Assembly (NCBI GenBank): GCA_963677595.1
Contig: OY782041.1
Location: 544,001 to 608,000 of the forward strand
Direction of reading: 5' to 3'
From: Spirochaetia bacterium
Lineage (GTDB): Bacteria; Spirochaetota; Spirochaetia; CAKZLE01
Length of the DNA stretch: 64,000 nucleotides
This document shows, piece by piece, positions 37,301 to 47,290 of this stretch. Both the position numbers and the translations under genes were made by a program. The notes beneath the pieces are model-generated. The model saw only the letters and a program-made list of their open reading frames with translations. It was not told where the DNA came from and did no database searches. The stretch's first letter is position 1, and every line of letters begins with the position of its first letter.

Positions 37301-39102
37301 GACAGATCCTTCTCAATCTCTGCAGTAATGCCGTCAAGTTCACCGATGAAGGGGCGATCGTACTTACCGCCGAGGTAGAGAAGCAGTATGATGCGGGGCT
37401 GATGGTGCGGTTCAGCGTACGGGATACCGGGATCGGCCTGACAGTCGAACAGCAGGAGCGGCTGTTCCAGTCCTTCTTCCAGGCTGACTCCTCGACCACC
37501 AGGCAGTACGGCGGTACCGGCCTTGGGCTTGCTATCTGCAGGAACCTTAGCACCCTCATGGGCGGGGATATCGGGGTGAGTTCCCAGCCGGGAAAGGGGA
37601 GCACCTTCTGGGTCACGGTTCGCCTTGGGGGCCTATCCGCAGGATCTAAAGCCTCTCCTGAGAGTTCGCAGCGCCGCAGGGTCCTGATCGTAGAGGGCAA
37701 TAAGACGACAGCGGGGGCCTTGGGCCGGATGGCGGAGAGTCTCGGGCTGGAGGTAACGACAGCCGATTCACCGGGGGAAGCCGCCGAGCTGCTGGTACAG
37801 GAAGAGAAGGAGGTGCCTATCTCCATGGCGCTTATCGATGCCCGGCTGCCGTATGCAGACCTGCAGGGGATCGGGGGCGAACAGGTACGCACCGTCGTCC
37901 TGGTCACCGCTTTCCTCCAGGAAGAGCTGATCAGGGACGCCGGGGAAGTAGGGATCACCTCCTACCTCATCAAGCCGGTCTGCAGGTCTCAGCTTGGCAG
38001 GCTGGTCGATGGAGAGCCGGCCGGTATCCAGCAGGGAACGGCTGGGCTTGTCGAAACCGTAGATATCGAACCGATCCGCGGGGCAAGGATCCTGCTCGTC
38101 GAGGACAATGAGTTCAACCAGCAGGTTGCCGCCGAACTGCTCAGGGGTGAGGGGTTCTTCGTCACGATAGCCGTGAACGGGGAAGAAGCCGTGGAGGCCG
38201 TCGTCTCAGCAGGGCCTGCATCATGGGACGCCGTGCTCATGGACCTCCATATGCCGGTCCTGGACGGGTTCACGGCGGCACGTAGGATCCATGAAGATGA
38301 ACGGTACAGGAATCTTCCCGTCATTGCCATGACCGCAGATGCCCAGGAGGGTACAAGAGGACGGATCGCTGCCGGGGGGATGGTCGATTTCGTGACCAAG
38401 CCGTTCGAGGTCGGCACCCTCTTCTCGACCTTACGGAAATGGATCAAGCCGGGAAACCGCACACTGCCGGAAGGATACAGCATACCGGGCAGGGGGCAGA
38501 AGATCTCACTTATACTGCCGGGCATAGATTGTGATGCAGGACTCGCGAGGGTAGACAACCATCCCGGCAGGTATCTGAAGCTGCTGCGAACGTTCGTCTC
38601 CAACCAGGAAGGGACAGCCCTCCTCATCCGGGACAGTCTGGATTCCGGGGACCTGGAGACGGCATACCGGGCAGCCCATACACTCAAGAGCGTCTCCGGC
38701 ACCCTCGGTGCCAAAGCCCTGCAGGAGAAAGCAAGGGCCTTGGAGACCGCCCTGCAGCAGGGGGAAGCACCAACTGCCCGTACCTTGTTGGAGGACGTCA
38801 GAACGGTACTGCACAGCACCCTCACGGTCATCCGTAACGGCCTGCCGGAACTCGAACTGCTGTACCAGGATGAGGGATCCGGTGATGGGGAGAGCCTCCA
38901 GGAGCTCTCTGCACAGCTCGGGCAGCGCCTGCTGGAAGATGATGCACGGGCTGAGGAGCTCATCGAACGGATGCTGGTCATGGCTGAAGGGCCATTGGAG
39001 CGGGAGGCCTACCGGTCGATCCAGGAAGACATCCTGGATATCGAATACAGGAAAGCCTACAAGAAGTTAACACAGATGGAGAGAGGAGGATCCGATGGCT
39101 AA
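34339..39102 (+). CDS. Hybrid sensor histidine kinase (HAMP, multiple PAS, HisKA, HATPase, 2 REC, Hpt)
   Basis: SHEIRTPMN, NAVKFT, GGTGLGL, VEDN, AHTLKS. Confidence 0.95.
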   Translation: MAIEFDMTLFLLRNLGIVLASIGAVLLTAWLVKGRPKQLSIRHSLITIGFVYAGMLLSITFFVILLHHTFEQEDEIADHNLESVYLAFELKRSSDDLTRFARSYAVTGDPDYEEYFYRSVAVRDGVIPHPATITPFYWDYEAAGEMGIDTNGESYSIEERILALELTAKEEEKLLGAKKESDDLISLEQRAFNAMKGIFPDEAGAYTVEGAPDMPLAQQLLYGEEYLQSKAAIMKLLEQFFSLHQVRMSSEKLLLYTKVNALMVTITLLVTMMIGFSVYVFFLLRSRIIQPFNAFEQGAEAFRKGDFQHQIEVGSDDEIGSLAALLNTTARSVGERTSQLHATIESTTDGILVLDLNQKITSYNARFLRIWKITREMIETEDDQTMWEVFLSQLQDPEGFMRNFEHITAHPEIEDFSTLLLQDGRIIERYSRPQRLEDQIIGRVWSFRDVTERYQTEAEMRKLSQAVEANPASVVITDTAGTIEYVNPKFSEMTGYAPEEAIGRKPNLLKSGTHAPEFYQGLWDTISSGRVWHGELCNRRRDGSLYWESASIAPVQDEQGRITNYVAVKEDITERKELETTLRTHDERLKEAAKIADLGYFEVDLHTLRGTFDEFLWEQLGTSIEEEGTDEIKVSTYLERFCHPDDRETITRELQHLMEASEALYTELEYRIIRTDGTPRNVYVRYRLQLDGEHKPQKVYGVIQDITARKQAELEILKTREEAKKNEEKLIEAAEISNLGYFELDLHTLIFTLDSLLWKQLGTSIEEQGGNSIDAAEYLMTYCHPEDRSRIEWHIQRSLAAHEVIEDQMEYRVLLGDSTIRNFDVRYRVLVDAQGVPYRSYGFHHDVTGLKQAEQEILLAKEAAEKATLAKSEFLANMSHEIRTPMNAIIGMSQLALRTEMPSRQRDYLKKVETSSRTLLNIINDILDFSKIEAGRLDLESIPFSLDDVLTTLSDMIAVSCQAKGIEFVFDTDPRLSGQLVGDPLRIGQILLNLCSNAVKFTDEGAIVLTAEVEKQYDAGLMVRFSVRDTGIGLTVEQQERLFQSFFQADSSTTRQYGGTGLGLAICRNLSTLMGGDIGVSSQPGKGSTFWVTVRLGGLSAGSKASPESSQRRRVLIVEGNKTTAGALGRMAESLGLEVTTADSPGEAAELLVQEEKEVPISMALIDARLPYADLQGIGGEQVRTVVLVTAFLQEELIRDAGEVGITSYLIKPVCRSQLGRLVDGEPAGIQQGTAGLVETVDIEPIRGARILLVEDNEFNQQVAAELLRGEGFFVTIAVNGEEAVEAVVSAGPASWDAVLMDLHMPVLDGFTAARRIHEDERYRNLPVIAMTADAQEGTRGRIAAGGMVDFVTKPFEVGTLFSTLRKWIKPGNRTLPEGYSIPGRGQKISLILPGIDCDAGLARVDNHPGRYLKLLRTFVSNQEGTALLIRDSLDSGDLETAYRAAHTLKSVSGTLGAKALQEKARALETALQQGEAPTARTLLEDVRTVLHSTLTVIRNGLPELELLYQDEGSGDGESLQELSAQLGQRLLEDDARAEELIERMLVMAEGPLEREAYRSIQEDILDIEYRKAYKKLTQMERGGSDG

Positions 39103-40171
39103 GATCCTGATCGTTGACGACTCCGCCGAGAATCGCGGGATCATCAAGGGACTGCTGGGAGAGTCGCATACTATCTATCTCGCGAAGGACGGCAGTCAGG
39201 CCCTGCGCCTGGCCCGGACACGGGTCCCGGACCTCATCCTGATGGATGTGGTCATGCCGGTGACTGACGGGTATGAGGCCTGCAGGATCCTGAAGGGGGA
39301 CAGTCTCACCGCTGACATACCCATCATCTTCCTCACCTCACTCGATGAGACTGATGATGAGACCAAGGGACTGGAACTTGGTGCTGTCGACTATATCACG
39401 AAGCCGATCACCCCCGCGGTCCTCAAGGCTCGGGTCAGGACCCACCTTGAGCTGAAAGCCTCGGGAGACCTCCTGAAGCGCCATAACGAGGACCTTGAGG
39501 AGAAGGTCCTCGAGAGGACACGACAGCTTGAACAGCTCCATGATGTGACGGTCATAGCCATGAGTGCCCTTGCAGAATCAAGGGACTTCGAGACCGGCTA
39601 CCATATTCGGAGAACCCAGTATTATGTGGAGGCCCTCGCACAGGAACTCAGGGAGAGACCGGGATTCAGCGAAGCCCTGACCCCCGAGAACATCGTCTCG
39701 ATCGTGAAATCCACACCCCTCCATGATATAGGGAAGATCGGGATCCCCGACAGGATCCTGCAGAAGCCGGGAAAACTGACCGCGGAGGAGTTCGAGATCA
39801 TGAAGCAGCACACGATCATCGGCAGGGATGCCATCATCGCCGCAGAACGATCCATGACGATCACCGATGATTTCCTGCAGTACGCCAAGGAGATCACCTG
39901 TTCCCATCATGAGCGGTGGGACGGCACCGGTTACCCGGAGGGGTTGAAAGGCGGGGAGATCCCCCTCTCGGCACGGATGATGGCCATCGCCGATGTGTAT
40001 GATGCCCTGATCTGCCGCAGGGTCTATAAACCACCCTTCTCCCATGAACAGGCTGTGAAGATCATCACAGAGGGAAGAGGGACCCATTTCGATCCCGACA
40101 TGGTAGATGCGTTCCTCGAGATCTCCGACCAGTTCCGCATGATATCAAAGCAGTTCAGTGAGACAGAATGA
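39095..40171 (+). CDS. Response regulator with HD-GYP phosphodiesterase domain
   Basis: IVDD REC domain; LHDIGK, HHERWDGTGYP. Confidence 0.95.
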   Translation: MAKILIVDDSAENRGIIKGLLGESHTIYLAKDGSQALRLARTRVPDLILMDVVMPVTDGYEACRILKGDSLTADIPIIFLTSLDETDDETKGLELGAVDYITKPITPAVLKARVRTHLELKASGDLLKRHNEDLEEKVLERTRQLEQLHDVTVIAMSALAESRDFETGYHIRRTQYYVEALAQELRERPGFSEALTPENIVSIVKSTPLHDIGKIGIPDRILQKPGKLTAEEFEIMKQHTIIGRDAIIAAERSMTITDDFLQYAKEITCSHHERWDGTGYPEGLKGGEIPLSARMMAIADVYDALICRRVYKPPFSHEQAVKIITEGRGTHFDPDMVDAFLEISDQFRMISKQFSETE

Positions 40172-40389
40172 CACAGAAAAATGCTTACGATTCTGTAGGA
40201 TGAACAGGGAGAAACCATACAATAATGTAATCTTTACCAAAAAATGGATAGCGTATTCATCGCATGACAGGCCTGAATCCTACGTTTTCTGTGTTTGGTA
40301 CGGAAAATGCTGCTAAAACAGCTGTGACCTGATTCATTATAATCAGGATCTTTCATACACTGTTGTGTATCGAATAAACAAAGAACTAT

Positions 40390-42621
40390 ATGGAAGAGGA
40401 ACGCATGCAGCACCGAATGGTTGGAAGACATATCGCACGGGTGGACGGGCCGGAGAAGGCCACGGGAAGGTTGGAGTATATGTCCGATATCACCGTGCCG
40501 GGTATGCTCTACGGCAAGATCCTCCTCTCACCATACCATCGTGCTGAGATCGTGCATCTCGATCACACCGAAGCCATGAAGGTCAGGGGTGTCGTGAAGG
40601 TCGTCACCGCAGATGACATCCCCGGGGAGAACGCCCGCGGGCTCATCATACAGGACCAGCCGGTCCTCTGCGACAGGTTCGTGAACTTCAAGGGCGACGC
40701 GGTCGCCGTCGTCGTTGCGGAGAGTGAGGAAGCGGCATTAGAGGCCTGCAGCCTCATACAGGTCGACTATAGAGAACTCCCGTATACCAGGACAGCCGAA
40801 GAGTCCCTTGAGCCGGGTGCCCCGGAGATCCATGAGGGCGGCAACATCGCCGCCCGGAATGCCTTCAGCTCTACCGATGATATCGAATCAGTCTTTGCTA
40901 GAGCACCCCATGTCTTCGATGAGACGTTCGAGACCGGGTACCAGGAACATGCCTACTTAGAGGCAGAGAACGGCTTCGCAGTCCCCCGTGAGGACGGCAG
41001 TATCGAGATCTGGTACGGGTGCCAGCATGGGCATCGGGCCAGGAGGGACCTCCAGGCGATCCTGGATCTCCCGTTAGAGAAGATCGAGGTCCACTCCCAC
41101 CCCCTTGGGGGAGGCTTCGGGGGGAAGGATGACCTGCTGCTGCAGGGGATCCTCGCAGTATGCGCCCTCGCCTGCAGGCGGCCCGTCGCAATCAACCTTA
41201 CCAGGGAAGAATCCTTCCGGATGAGCCCGAAGCGGATGCCCTTCCAGATCAGGACGAGGATCGCAGCTGATGCAGAAGGGAACCTGCTGGCACTCAAGGT
41301 GAATATACTGGGCACCGCTGGAGCCTATATGTCCTACGCGCCGGCGATCCTCGATTTCGCCCTGGAGCTCTGCACCGGGATATACTTCTTCCCCCACCTC
41401 GATATTGAAGGCAGGGTGGCATACACGAACAGCCATCTCGTCAGCGCGTTCCGGGGGTTCGGGAACATCCAGGTCGCTTTCGCTATCGAGTCCATGATGG
41501 ACATCATCGCCGAGAGACTCCAGCTCGACAAGCTCGAGCTTCGTCGCCGGAACATGGTCACTCCCGGGCAGAAGCATAGTTTCGGCAACGTCTCCAGTAC
41601 CAGCTATTATTCTCAGGAGCTGATAGACAGGGTAGAGAAGTCCGCCCTTCTCAACCGGGCTGGTGAGTTCAAGGCCGGGGCAGCTAAGCCTTGGCTGAAG
41701 CGCGGCATCGGCATCGCGACGACCCATCAGGGCATGGGGTTCGGAAGCCCTGCCATTAACGATGCCTCGACCTGTGAGGTCGAGCTCCGGGAAGACGGGA
41801 GGCTCCATGTCTTCTTCGGTAATGAGGATATGGGACAGGGAAGTATCACCACCCTGCTGATCATGGCTGCCGAGGCGATGCATATGCCGATCGACCAGAT
41901 CTCCTACACCAATGGGAATACGGCATTGACCCAGGACTCAGGCCCGATCACCGCATCACGCGTGACCTATGTCTCGGGGAAAGCCGTCTGCCGCTGCATC
42001 GAGAAACTCCAGGGTCACATAGCTTCAGTCCTGAGCTGTGAAGTCGCAGAGCTCAGCTATACTGATGGAGGGGTGAACGGGAGAAGCTGGCAGGAGATCG
42101 CCGGGATGCTCCCGCCCGGGGACAGGCGCCAGGCACATACGGAAGCGATCGCGAAAGAGGGGTTCCAGACCTCAGTCAGCCTGAACCTCTTCTACTGCCA
42201 TGCTGCGCTTGTCGCCGGGGTGGAGGTCAACACCCTGACAGGAGAGACGATGGTACTTGAGACGGAGATCATCGTCTCCAGCGGGACGGTCATCAACCCC
42301 CTCGGGTATGAGGGGCAGTGTGAAGGCGGTGTCCTCATGAGCCAGGGGTTCGCCCTGACCGAGGAGTACCAGGACGGGACGAGGAACTTCCAGACCTATA
42401 TGGTCCCGACCTTCGCCGATATGCCGGAGATCAAGGTCACCCCGATCGAGGATCCCGAGGAGACCGGGCCGTACGGGGCCAAGGGACTTGGTGAGATAGT
42501 CAACGTGCCCGGGGCCCCGGCAATCATCAACGCGGTACATGATGCCGTGGGGATCAGGCTCATGAAGCTGCCGGCGACCTCCCAATCGGTGCTGACTGCC
42601 CTGACCGAAGGCATGGCATGA
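40390..42621 (+). CDS. Xanthine dehydrogenase-family molybdopterin-binding subunit
   Basis: GGGFGGK, AFRGFG, GAKGLGE. Confidence 0.93.
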   Translation: MEEERMQHRMVGRHIARVDGPEKATGRLEYMSDITVPGMLYGKILLSPYHRAEIVHLDHTEAMKVRGVVKVVTADDIPGENARGLIIQDQPVLCDRFVNFKGDAVAVVVAESEEAALEACSLIQVDYRELPYTRTAEESLEPGAPEIHEGGNIAARNAFSSTDDIESVFARAPHVFDETFETGYQEHAYLEAENGFAVPREDGSIEIWYGCQHGHRARRDLQAILDLPLEKIEVHSHPLGGGFGGKDDLLLQGILAVCALACRRPVAINLTREESFRMSPKRMPFQIRTRIAADAEGNLLALKVNILGTAGAYMSYAPAILDFALELCTGIYFFPHLDIEGRVAYTNSHLVSAFRGFGNIQVAFAIESMMDIIAERLQLDKLELRRRNMVTPGQKHSFGNVSSTSYYSQELIDRVEKSALLNRAGEFKAGAAKPWLKRGIGIATTHQGMGFGSPAINDASTCEVELREDGRLHVFFGNEDMGQGSITTLLIMAAEAMHMPIDQISYTNGNTALTQDSGPITASRVTYVSGKAVCRCIEKLQGHIASVLSCEVAELSYTDGGVNGRSWQEIAGMLPPGDRRQAHTEAIAKEGFQTSVSLNLFYCHAALVAGVEVNTLTGETMVLETEIIVSSGTVINPLGYEGQCEGGVLMSQGFALTEEYQDGTRNFQTYMVPTFADMPEIKVTPIEDPEETGPYGAKGLGEIVNVPGAPAIINAVHDAVGIRLMKLPATSQSVLTALTEGMA

Positions 42622-42654
42622 TACAAGAGATCACGAACAGAGAAGAGAGATAAG

Positions 42655-43131
42655 ATGCTGCATATACGATTTACACTGAACAACGAAGAAGTCGAGGCTG
42701 CTATCCCAGAGGGGACCAGGGTCATCGACCTGATCAGGGACACGTTCAAGCTGACGGGGACCAAGGAGTCCTGCGGCCAGGGGGAATGCGGGTCGTGCAC
42801 GATCCTCCTTGATGATGAGGCCGTTCACTCCTGCCTGCTCCTGGCAGCCCAGGTAGATGGGCATCGGATCGTGACGATCGAGGGACTTGAGAAGGACGGC
42901 GAACTCGATGTACTGCAGCAGGCATTCATCGATGCCGGGGCGATCCAATGCGGATACTGCACCCCCGGTATGATCATGGCGGCGAAGGGGCTGCTGCTTC
43001 ATAATCCATCACCAAGCCCTGAGGAGATCAGGGAAGCGATGTCCGGGAACCTGTGCCGGTGCACCGGGTACAAGAAGATCGGTGAAGCCGTCGCGCTGTC
43101 AGCCGAACGGCAACAAGGTTCGGGGGTATGA
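42655..43131 (+). CDS. XDH-family 2Fe-2S subunit
   Basis: CGQGECGSC, QCGYCTPG, LCRCTGY. Confidence 0.95.
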   Translation: MLHIRFTLNNEEVEAAIPEGTRVIDLIRDTFKLTGTKESCGQGECGSCTILLDDEAVHSCLLLAAQVDGHRIVTIEGLEKDGELDVLQQAFIDAGAIQCGYCTPGMIMAAKGLLLHNPSPSPEEIREAMSGNLCRCTGYKKIGEAVALSAERQQGSGV

Positions 43132-43970
43132 GTATGAGGCTCTCCATAGACAAGATCTATCAATGCGAAACCATAGACCAAGCCCTGGATCAACTCAAGC
43201 AGGATCCTTCAGCGATCGTGCTGGCGGCAGGGACGGATATCATCCCTACCCTTCGTGACCGTGTTCAGGAGCATGTCAGGCTCGTGGACCTGCAGGGTAT
43301 ACAGGGACTGGACCATATCAGGCTTGAGGAGGGTGTTCTGAGAATCGGGTCCATGGCCATGCACCAGGAGATCGCGGACAACCCGGTCGTGGGAGACCTG
43401 CTGCCGGCCCTGGCCCAGGCCTGCCGGGTGATCGGATCCCCGCAGATCCGCAGGCGTGCGACCATCGGGGGGAATATATGCCATGCATCGCCAGCGGCAG
43501 ACACCCTGCCCGTTCTCGTTGCAGTTGGTGCCCATGCAGTCATCAGAACCCCGGAAGGGACGAGAACCGTCCTGCTGGAGCAGTTCACTACCGGCGTGAA
43601 GAAGACGGTCATGCCGCAGGCTGCGATCCTTGAAGAAATAACGATTCCCATCCCTGCAGGCGGTTGGAAGGGGAACTACTACCGCCTGGGAGGGAGGAAT
43701 GCCCTCACCATCTCGATAGCGGCTGTTGCAGTCATACGGGATACAGACGGGTTCCGGGTGGCTTATGGGTCCATGGCCCCGGTCGTAAGAAGGATCCAGG
43801 CTGTTGAGACATACCTGAATACCTGTGAGCATGCAGACAAGGCTGTCCTGAATGATCTAACGACCCAATCCCTCTCCCCTATTTCAGATATTCGGGCTTC
43901 AAAGGAATATAGGACACAAGTAGCTGCCAACTTCACCTGGCTTGGGTGGCAAGAGTTGATGGGTGTGTGA
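43128..43970 (+). CDS. XDH-family FAD-binding subunit
   Basis: AAGTD, QIRRRATIGGN, PISDIRAS. Confidence 0.92.
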   Translation: MSMRLSIDKIYQCETIDQALDQLKQDPSAIVLAAGTDIIPTLRDRVQEHVRLVDLQGIQGLDHIRLEEGVLRIGSMAMHQEIADNPVVGDLLPALAQACRVIGSPQIRRRATIGGNICHASPAADTLPVLVAVGAHAVIRTPEGTRTVLLEQFTTGVKKTVMPQAAILEEITIPIPAGGWKGNYYRLGGRNALTISIAAVAVIRDTDGFRVAYGSMAPVVRRIQAVETYLNTCEHADKAVLNDLTTQSLSPISDIRASKEYRTQVAANFTWLGWQELMGV

Positions 43971-44062
43971 GGGAGCCCAGCCTGCACGTGTATGGTATCT
44001 GAGGTTTCATTCGTCTTACTGTCTTACTTGCCTGGTATAAGAAGTTATAGTATGCTTTGAGT

Positions 44063-44356
44063 ATGAGATTGAGGGAAAAGGAACTGGCCATCATTATATC
44101 AACGTTGAAGGAGCATACTCCTGATGCATCGATGTATCTCTTTGGAAGCCGAGTCGATGACAACGCCCGCGGCGGTGATATCGATCTTTTTCTCTCCACT
44201 AATAGAGAAGTCTCCCTGGACGAAAAGATCAGCATGCTCACTCATCTCGCAAGGAACGGGATCTGCCGCAAGGTGGATCTCATCATACAGACACCTCACA
44301 AGAGGCAGCATACCCTGTCCCGGGAAGTGATGAAGAGAGGGATTCGATTATGCTGA
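44063..44356 (+). CDS. MNT minimal nucleotidyltransferase antitoxin
   Basis: LFGSR...GGDIDL. Confidence 0.88.
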   Translation: MRLREKELAIIISTLKEHTPDASMYLFGSRVDDNARGGDIDLFLSTNREVSLDEKISMLTHLARNGICRKVDLIIQTPHKRQHTLSREVMKRGIRLC

Positions 44357-44823
44357 AAAAGAATCCTCAACTCCTGTTCAAGGACTATCTCGTCAAAGCT
44401 GAATTGCATATAACTAGAGGCAGAACCGCTCGTGAGGAGATTCAGGGATGGGATCTGTTGTCCCCTGCTGTATTTCTTGATCCTGAGAAAGTAAAGACGA
44501 TTGATTCTTTCATCTTCCGGTTCGTGAAGCTCCAGGATCTTATCGGCCAGAAGCTCTTCAAACTCTATCTGGATGTCGTAGGAGAACTTCAGGATGATAT
44601 GTCCTTTCTTGATGTTCTTGACAGACTCGAGAAGTTGCATATTATCAAGGACTCTGACCGATGGTTTGGTTTTCGTAGACTGCGCAATGAACTCACGCAT
44701 GAATATCCTGACAATGAGTCTGAGATTATCGAGGGTATCACACTTGCTCTCGAGGCCTTCGATGAGACGGTCATGATCATAGATCGATTGAACATGGAAG
44801 CGAAACGGTTTCCTGGGGAGTGA
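44350..44823 (+). CDS. HEPN-type toxin (HepT/DUF86-like)
   Basis: RNELTH (R-x4-H). Confidence 0.85.
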   Translation: MLKKNPQLLFKDYLVKAELHITRGRTAREEIQGWDLLSPAVFLDPEKVKTIDSFIFRFVKLQDLIGQKLFKLYLDVVGELQDDMSFLDVLDRLEKLHIIKDSDRWFGFRRLRNELTHEYPDNESEIIEGITLALEAFDETVMIIDRLNMEAKRFPGE

Positions 44824-44912
44824 AGGACTCGGGTTGACGCCTTAAAAAAATATCGGCTGAGATTTCTCCCAGCCGGTAATGATTTTTCATCGTATGAAAG
44901 TTCATAAGGAAG

Positions 44913-44984
44913 AGCGGCTGAAGGGAGTCGAACCCTCGTCACGAGCTTGGGAAGCTCGGGTAATAGCCGTTATACGACAGCCGC
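44913..44984 (-). tRNA. tRNA-Gly(CCC)
   Basis: GCGGCTG/CAGCCGC acceptor, CGAGC-TTCCCAA-GCTCG anticodon arm, TTCGA T-loop; CCA not encoded. Confidence 0.95.
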
Positions 44985-45003
44985 AGGTAACCGAACACAA
45001 GTC

Positions 45004-45031
45004 ATTATACCGAACTTGAAGAATTAATCAA
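45004..45031 (-). promoter_or_regulatory. sigma70 promoter of tRNA-Gly
   Basis: TTGATT-16 nt-TATAAT, 20 bp upstream of the tRNA. Confidence 0.7.
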
Positions 45032-45132
45032 CTATTTATGGTCAATTCATCAGAATATAGTAAGCCACCCGGGCATCCTGGTTGAGCTATGCCGGAATAT
45101 CACATCCTACAGAGTATCAGCATTTTCAGACG
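45005..45132. repeat. 128-bp direct repeat, left copy
   Basis: Matches 47291-47418 with one mismatch (45102 A vs 47388 C). Confidence 0.95.
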
Positions 45133-47290
45133 CCGGTCTTTTTACCAGAATTAGCGAGTATGCCCATTTTCCCCATTTCAGCCCTGTCTAGGGCTATTTT
45201 TTTGGCCATTACGAATTTTTAAAGAAATATTACTGTGCTACGTTGTACCACGTTGCGCCACGCTACCAAATGTGTTACACTATATTACACAGGAGGTAGC
45301 CCATGTATGTCTCCGTTATCCCAGAACACGCAACCGGCAAGCATCTGATGCAGTACGTCACAAGTACCCGCAAAGGGAAAAAGACTAAGAAAACCACGGA
45401 GGAAACCATCGGCTATGTCGAGGACTTCCTTGATCGCTATGATGACCCGGTCGCTCACTTCAAAGCAGAGGCCAAGCGGATCACAGCAGAGCGGAAAGCT
45501 CAGCAGAAGACTATAGGGGTTGAACTCCAACCCGATGCACGGCTTCCCTTCGATCCGGATACCCACAGCTTCTCCCGTGAATTCAACATCGGCCATGCGG
45601 CGATCAGTCAGGTATTCCACACCCTTGACCTCCACACCTTCTTTGATCGGCGCCGGATAAAGCTTGATGTGCAGTTCAATCTGACCGCTGTCATGAAACT
45701 CCTCATCTATGAGCGTATTCTGGCTCCTGCCTCCAAACGCGCTACCTGGAAGTCTCGAAGGCGATACTTTGACAAGATGGACTTCAATCTCAATGCGGTA
45801 TACCAGACCCTTTCTCACATCAACCCCTGGACTGATGACCTGATCGCTCACCTGCATGCGAAGATGGTAGAACTCTATGACCGGGATACCACCCTCATGT
45901 ACTATGATGTGACCAACTACTACTTTGAGATCGACGAAGCTGATGATTTTCGCATAAGGGGAATCTGCAAGGAGCACCGTCCGTTACCGATCGTGCAGAT
46001 GGGGCTGTTCATGGATGAACAGGGCTTCCCGGTGTCCTTTGACTTGTTTCCCGGTAATGTCAATGACTGCCTGACCTTTGAAGCAATGAGCGAGCATGCC
46101 AGAACCCTGTTTGAGGCCAAGCATCTGATCTTCGTAGCTGACAAGGCCATGCTCACGGGGAACAACATCGCAGATGTGATCCTCCATCATAACGGGTATG
46201 TCTTCAGCAAGTCGGTACGGGGCGGGACGAAAAAACTCAAGCAGGCGGTCAGGGATCCTCATGGCTATCTGCGGTTTGCGGAAGACGGGAAGCTCATTGC
46301 GCCTGGTGACAACGAGACGGCAGTCTGGTCCAAGTACAAGATCCTTGATGAGCAGAAACCCACCTATGTGACGAACACGGACGGCAAGCGGGTAGCCTCC
46401 TCAGGTGTTGGCCACTACCAGATCATCTATTGGTCACGTGCGTATGACAAACGAGCCAAAGCGCAGCGGCTGGAAGCGGTAGAGCATGCGCTTGATGCAT
46501 CATCACGGCAGAGTAAGGAAGTCATCGACAGTAACTACGGGAAGAACAAGTATCTGATGACCATGGTCTATGATCCCCAGACCAAGAAGTATACCGACAA
46601 CTATAAGGCCAAGACGGAGTTTGATGCTGCCAAGCTTGAAGAAGATGAGTCGTTTGACGGATTCTATGTCATTGAGACCAATGTGACGGGGCTCAGACCG
46701 TTTGTCGATGCCAGGGGACATGAGACCGGTGAACTCGAGCCTGCGTTTGCCACACCTCACCGCTGGCTCAAAGAAGAGGGCATGCTGCAGCTCAACCGGC
46801 CGATTGGCCCTCTGGATATTATTACGATGTACCATGGGCTGTGGAAGATCGAACAGTCCTTCAGGGTCACCAAGAGTGAGTTGGATGCCCGTCCGGTCTT
46901 TCTGTCTTTAGAGGATCGAATTCATTCCCACTTCCTTACCTGCTTCATCGCTCTGCTCATCCTGCGTATCCTGGAGCATGAACTCGATCATGAATTCTCA
47001 ACAGAGCAGATAGGGACTTCCCTGAATCAGGCGAATGTCGCAGAGATCACTGGGGCAACGTACATGACTTTGCAGTACGATGAAGTCCAAAAGGCTTTGA
47101 AGGAAAAGATGGGAATCCCGTTCGGCATGAATGTATACTCGAGAGCTGCGATCAAGAAGATGATCGCTGAGACGAAAAAAAACCGGAAACGGTAGGGACG
47201 TACTACAAGTTTTTTTAGCCAGGTGCTGACCTATTGTGTTGTATTGCAATAGGTTAGCGCCGTCATTTCCTAAATTGGTAAAAACACAGG
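45133..47290 (+). mobile_element. IS1634-family insertion sequence, copy 2 (2,158 bp)
   Basis: Same termini and transposase as 28036-30193 (H2Y difference). Confidence 0.95.
45303..47195 (+). CDS. IS1634-family DDE transposase
   Basis: As 28206-30098. Confidence 0.95.
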   Translation: MYVSVIPEHATGKHLMQYVTSTRKGKKTKKTTEETIGYVEDFLDRYDDPVAHFKAEAKRITAERKAQQKTIGVELQPDARLPFDPDTHSFSREFNIGHAAISQVFHTLDLHTFFDRRRIKLDVQFNLTAVMKLLIYERILAPASKRATWKSRRRYFDKMDFNLNAVYQTLSHINPWTDDLIAHLHAKMVELYDRDTTLMYYDVTNYYFEIDEADDFRIRGICKEHRPLPIVQMGLFMDEQGFPVSFDLFPGNVNDCLTFEAMSEHARTLFEAKHLIFVADKAMLTGNNIADVILHHNGYVFSKSVRGGTKKLKQAVRDPHGYLRFAEDGKLIAPGDNETAVWSKYKILDEQKPTYVTNTDGKRVASSGVGHYQIIYWSRAYDKRAKAQRLEAVEHALDASSRQSKEVIDSNYGKNKYLMTMVYDPQTKKYTDNYKAKTEFDAAKLEEDESFDGFYVIETNVTGLRPFVDARGHETGELEPAFATPHRWLKEEGMLQLNRPIGPLDIITMYHGLWKIEQSFRVTKSELDARPVFLSLEDRIHSHFLTCFIALLILRILEHELDHEFSTEQIGTSLNQANVAEITGATYMTLQYDEVQKALKEKMGIPFGMNVYSRAAIKKMIAETKKNRKR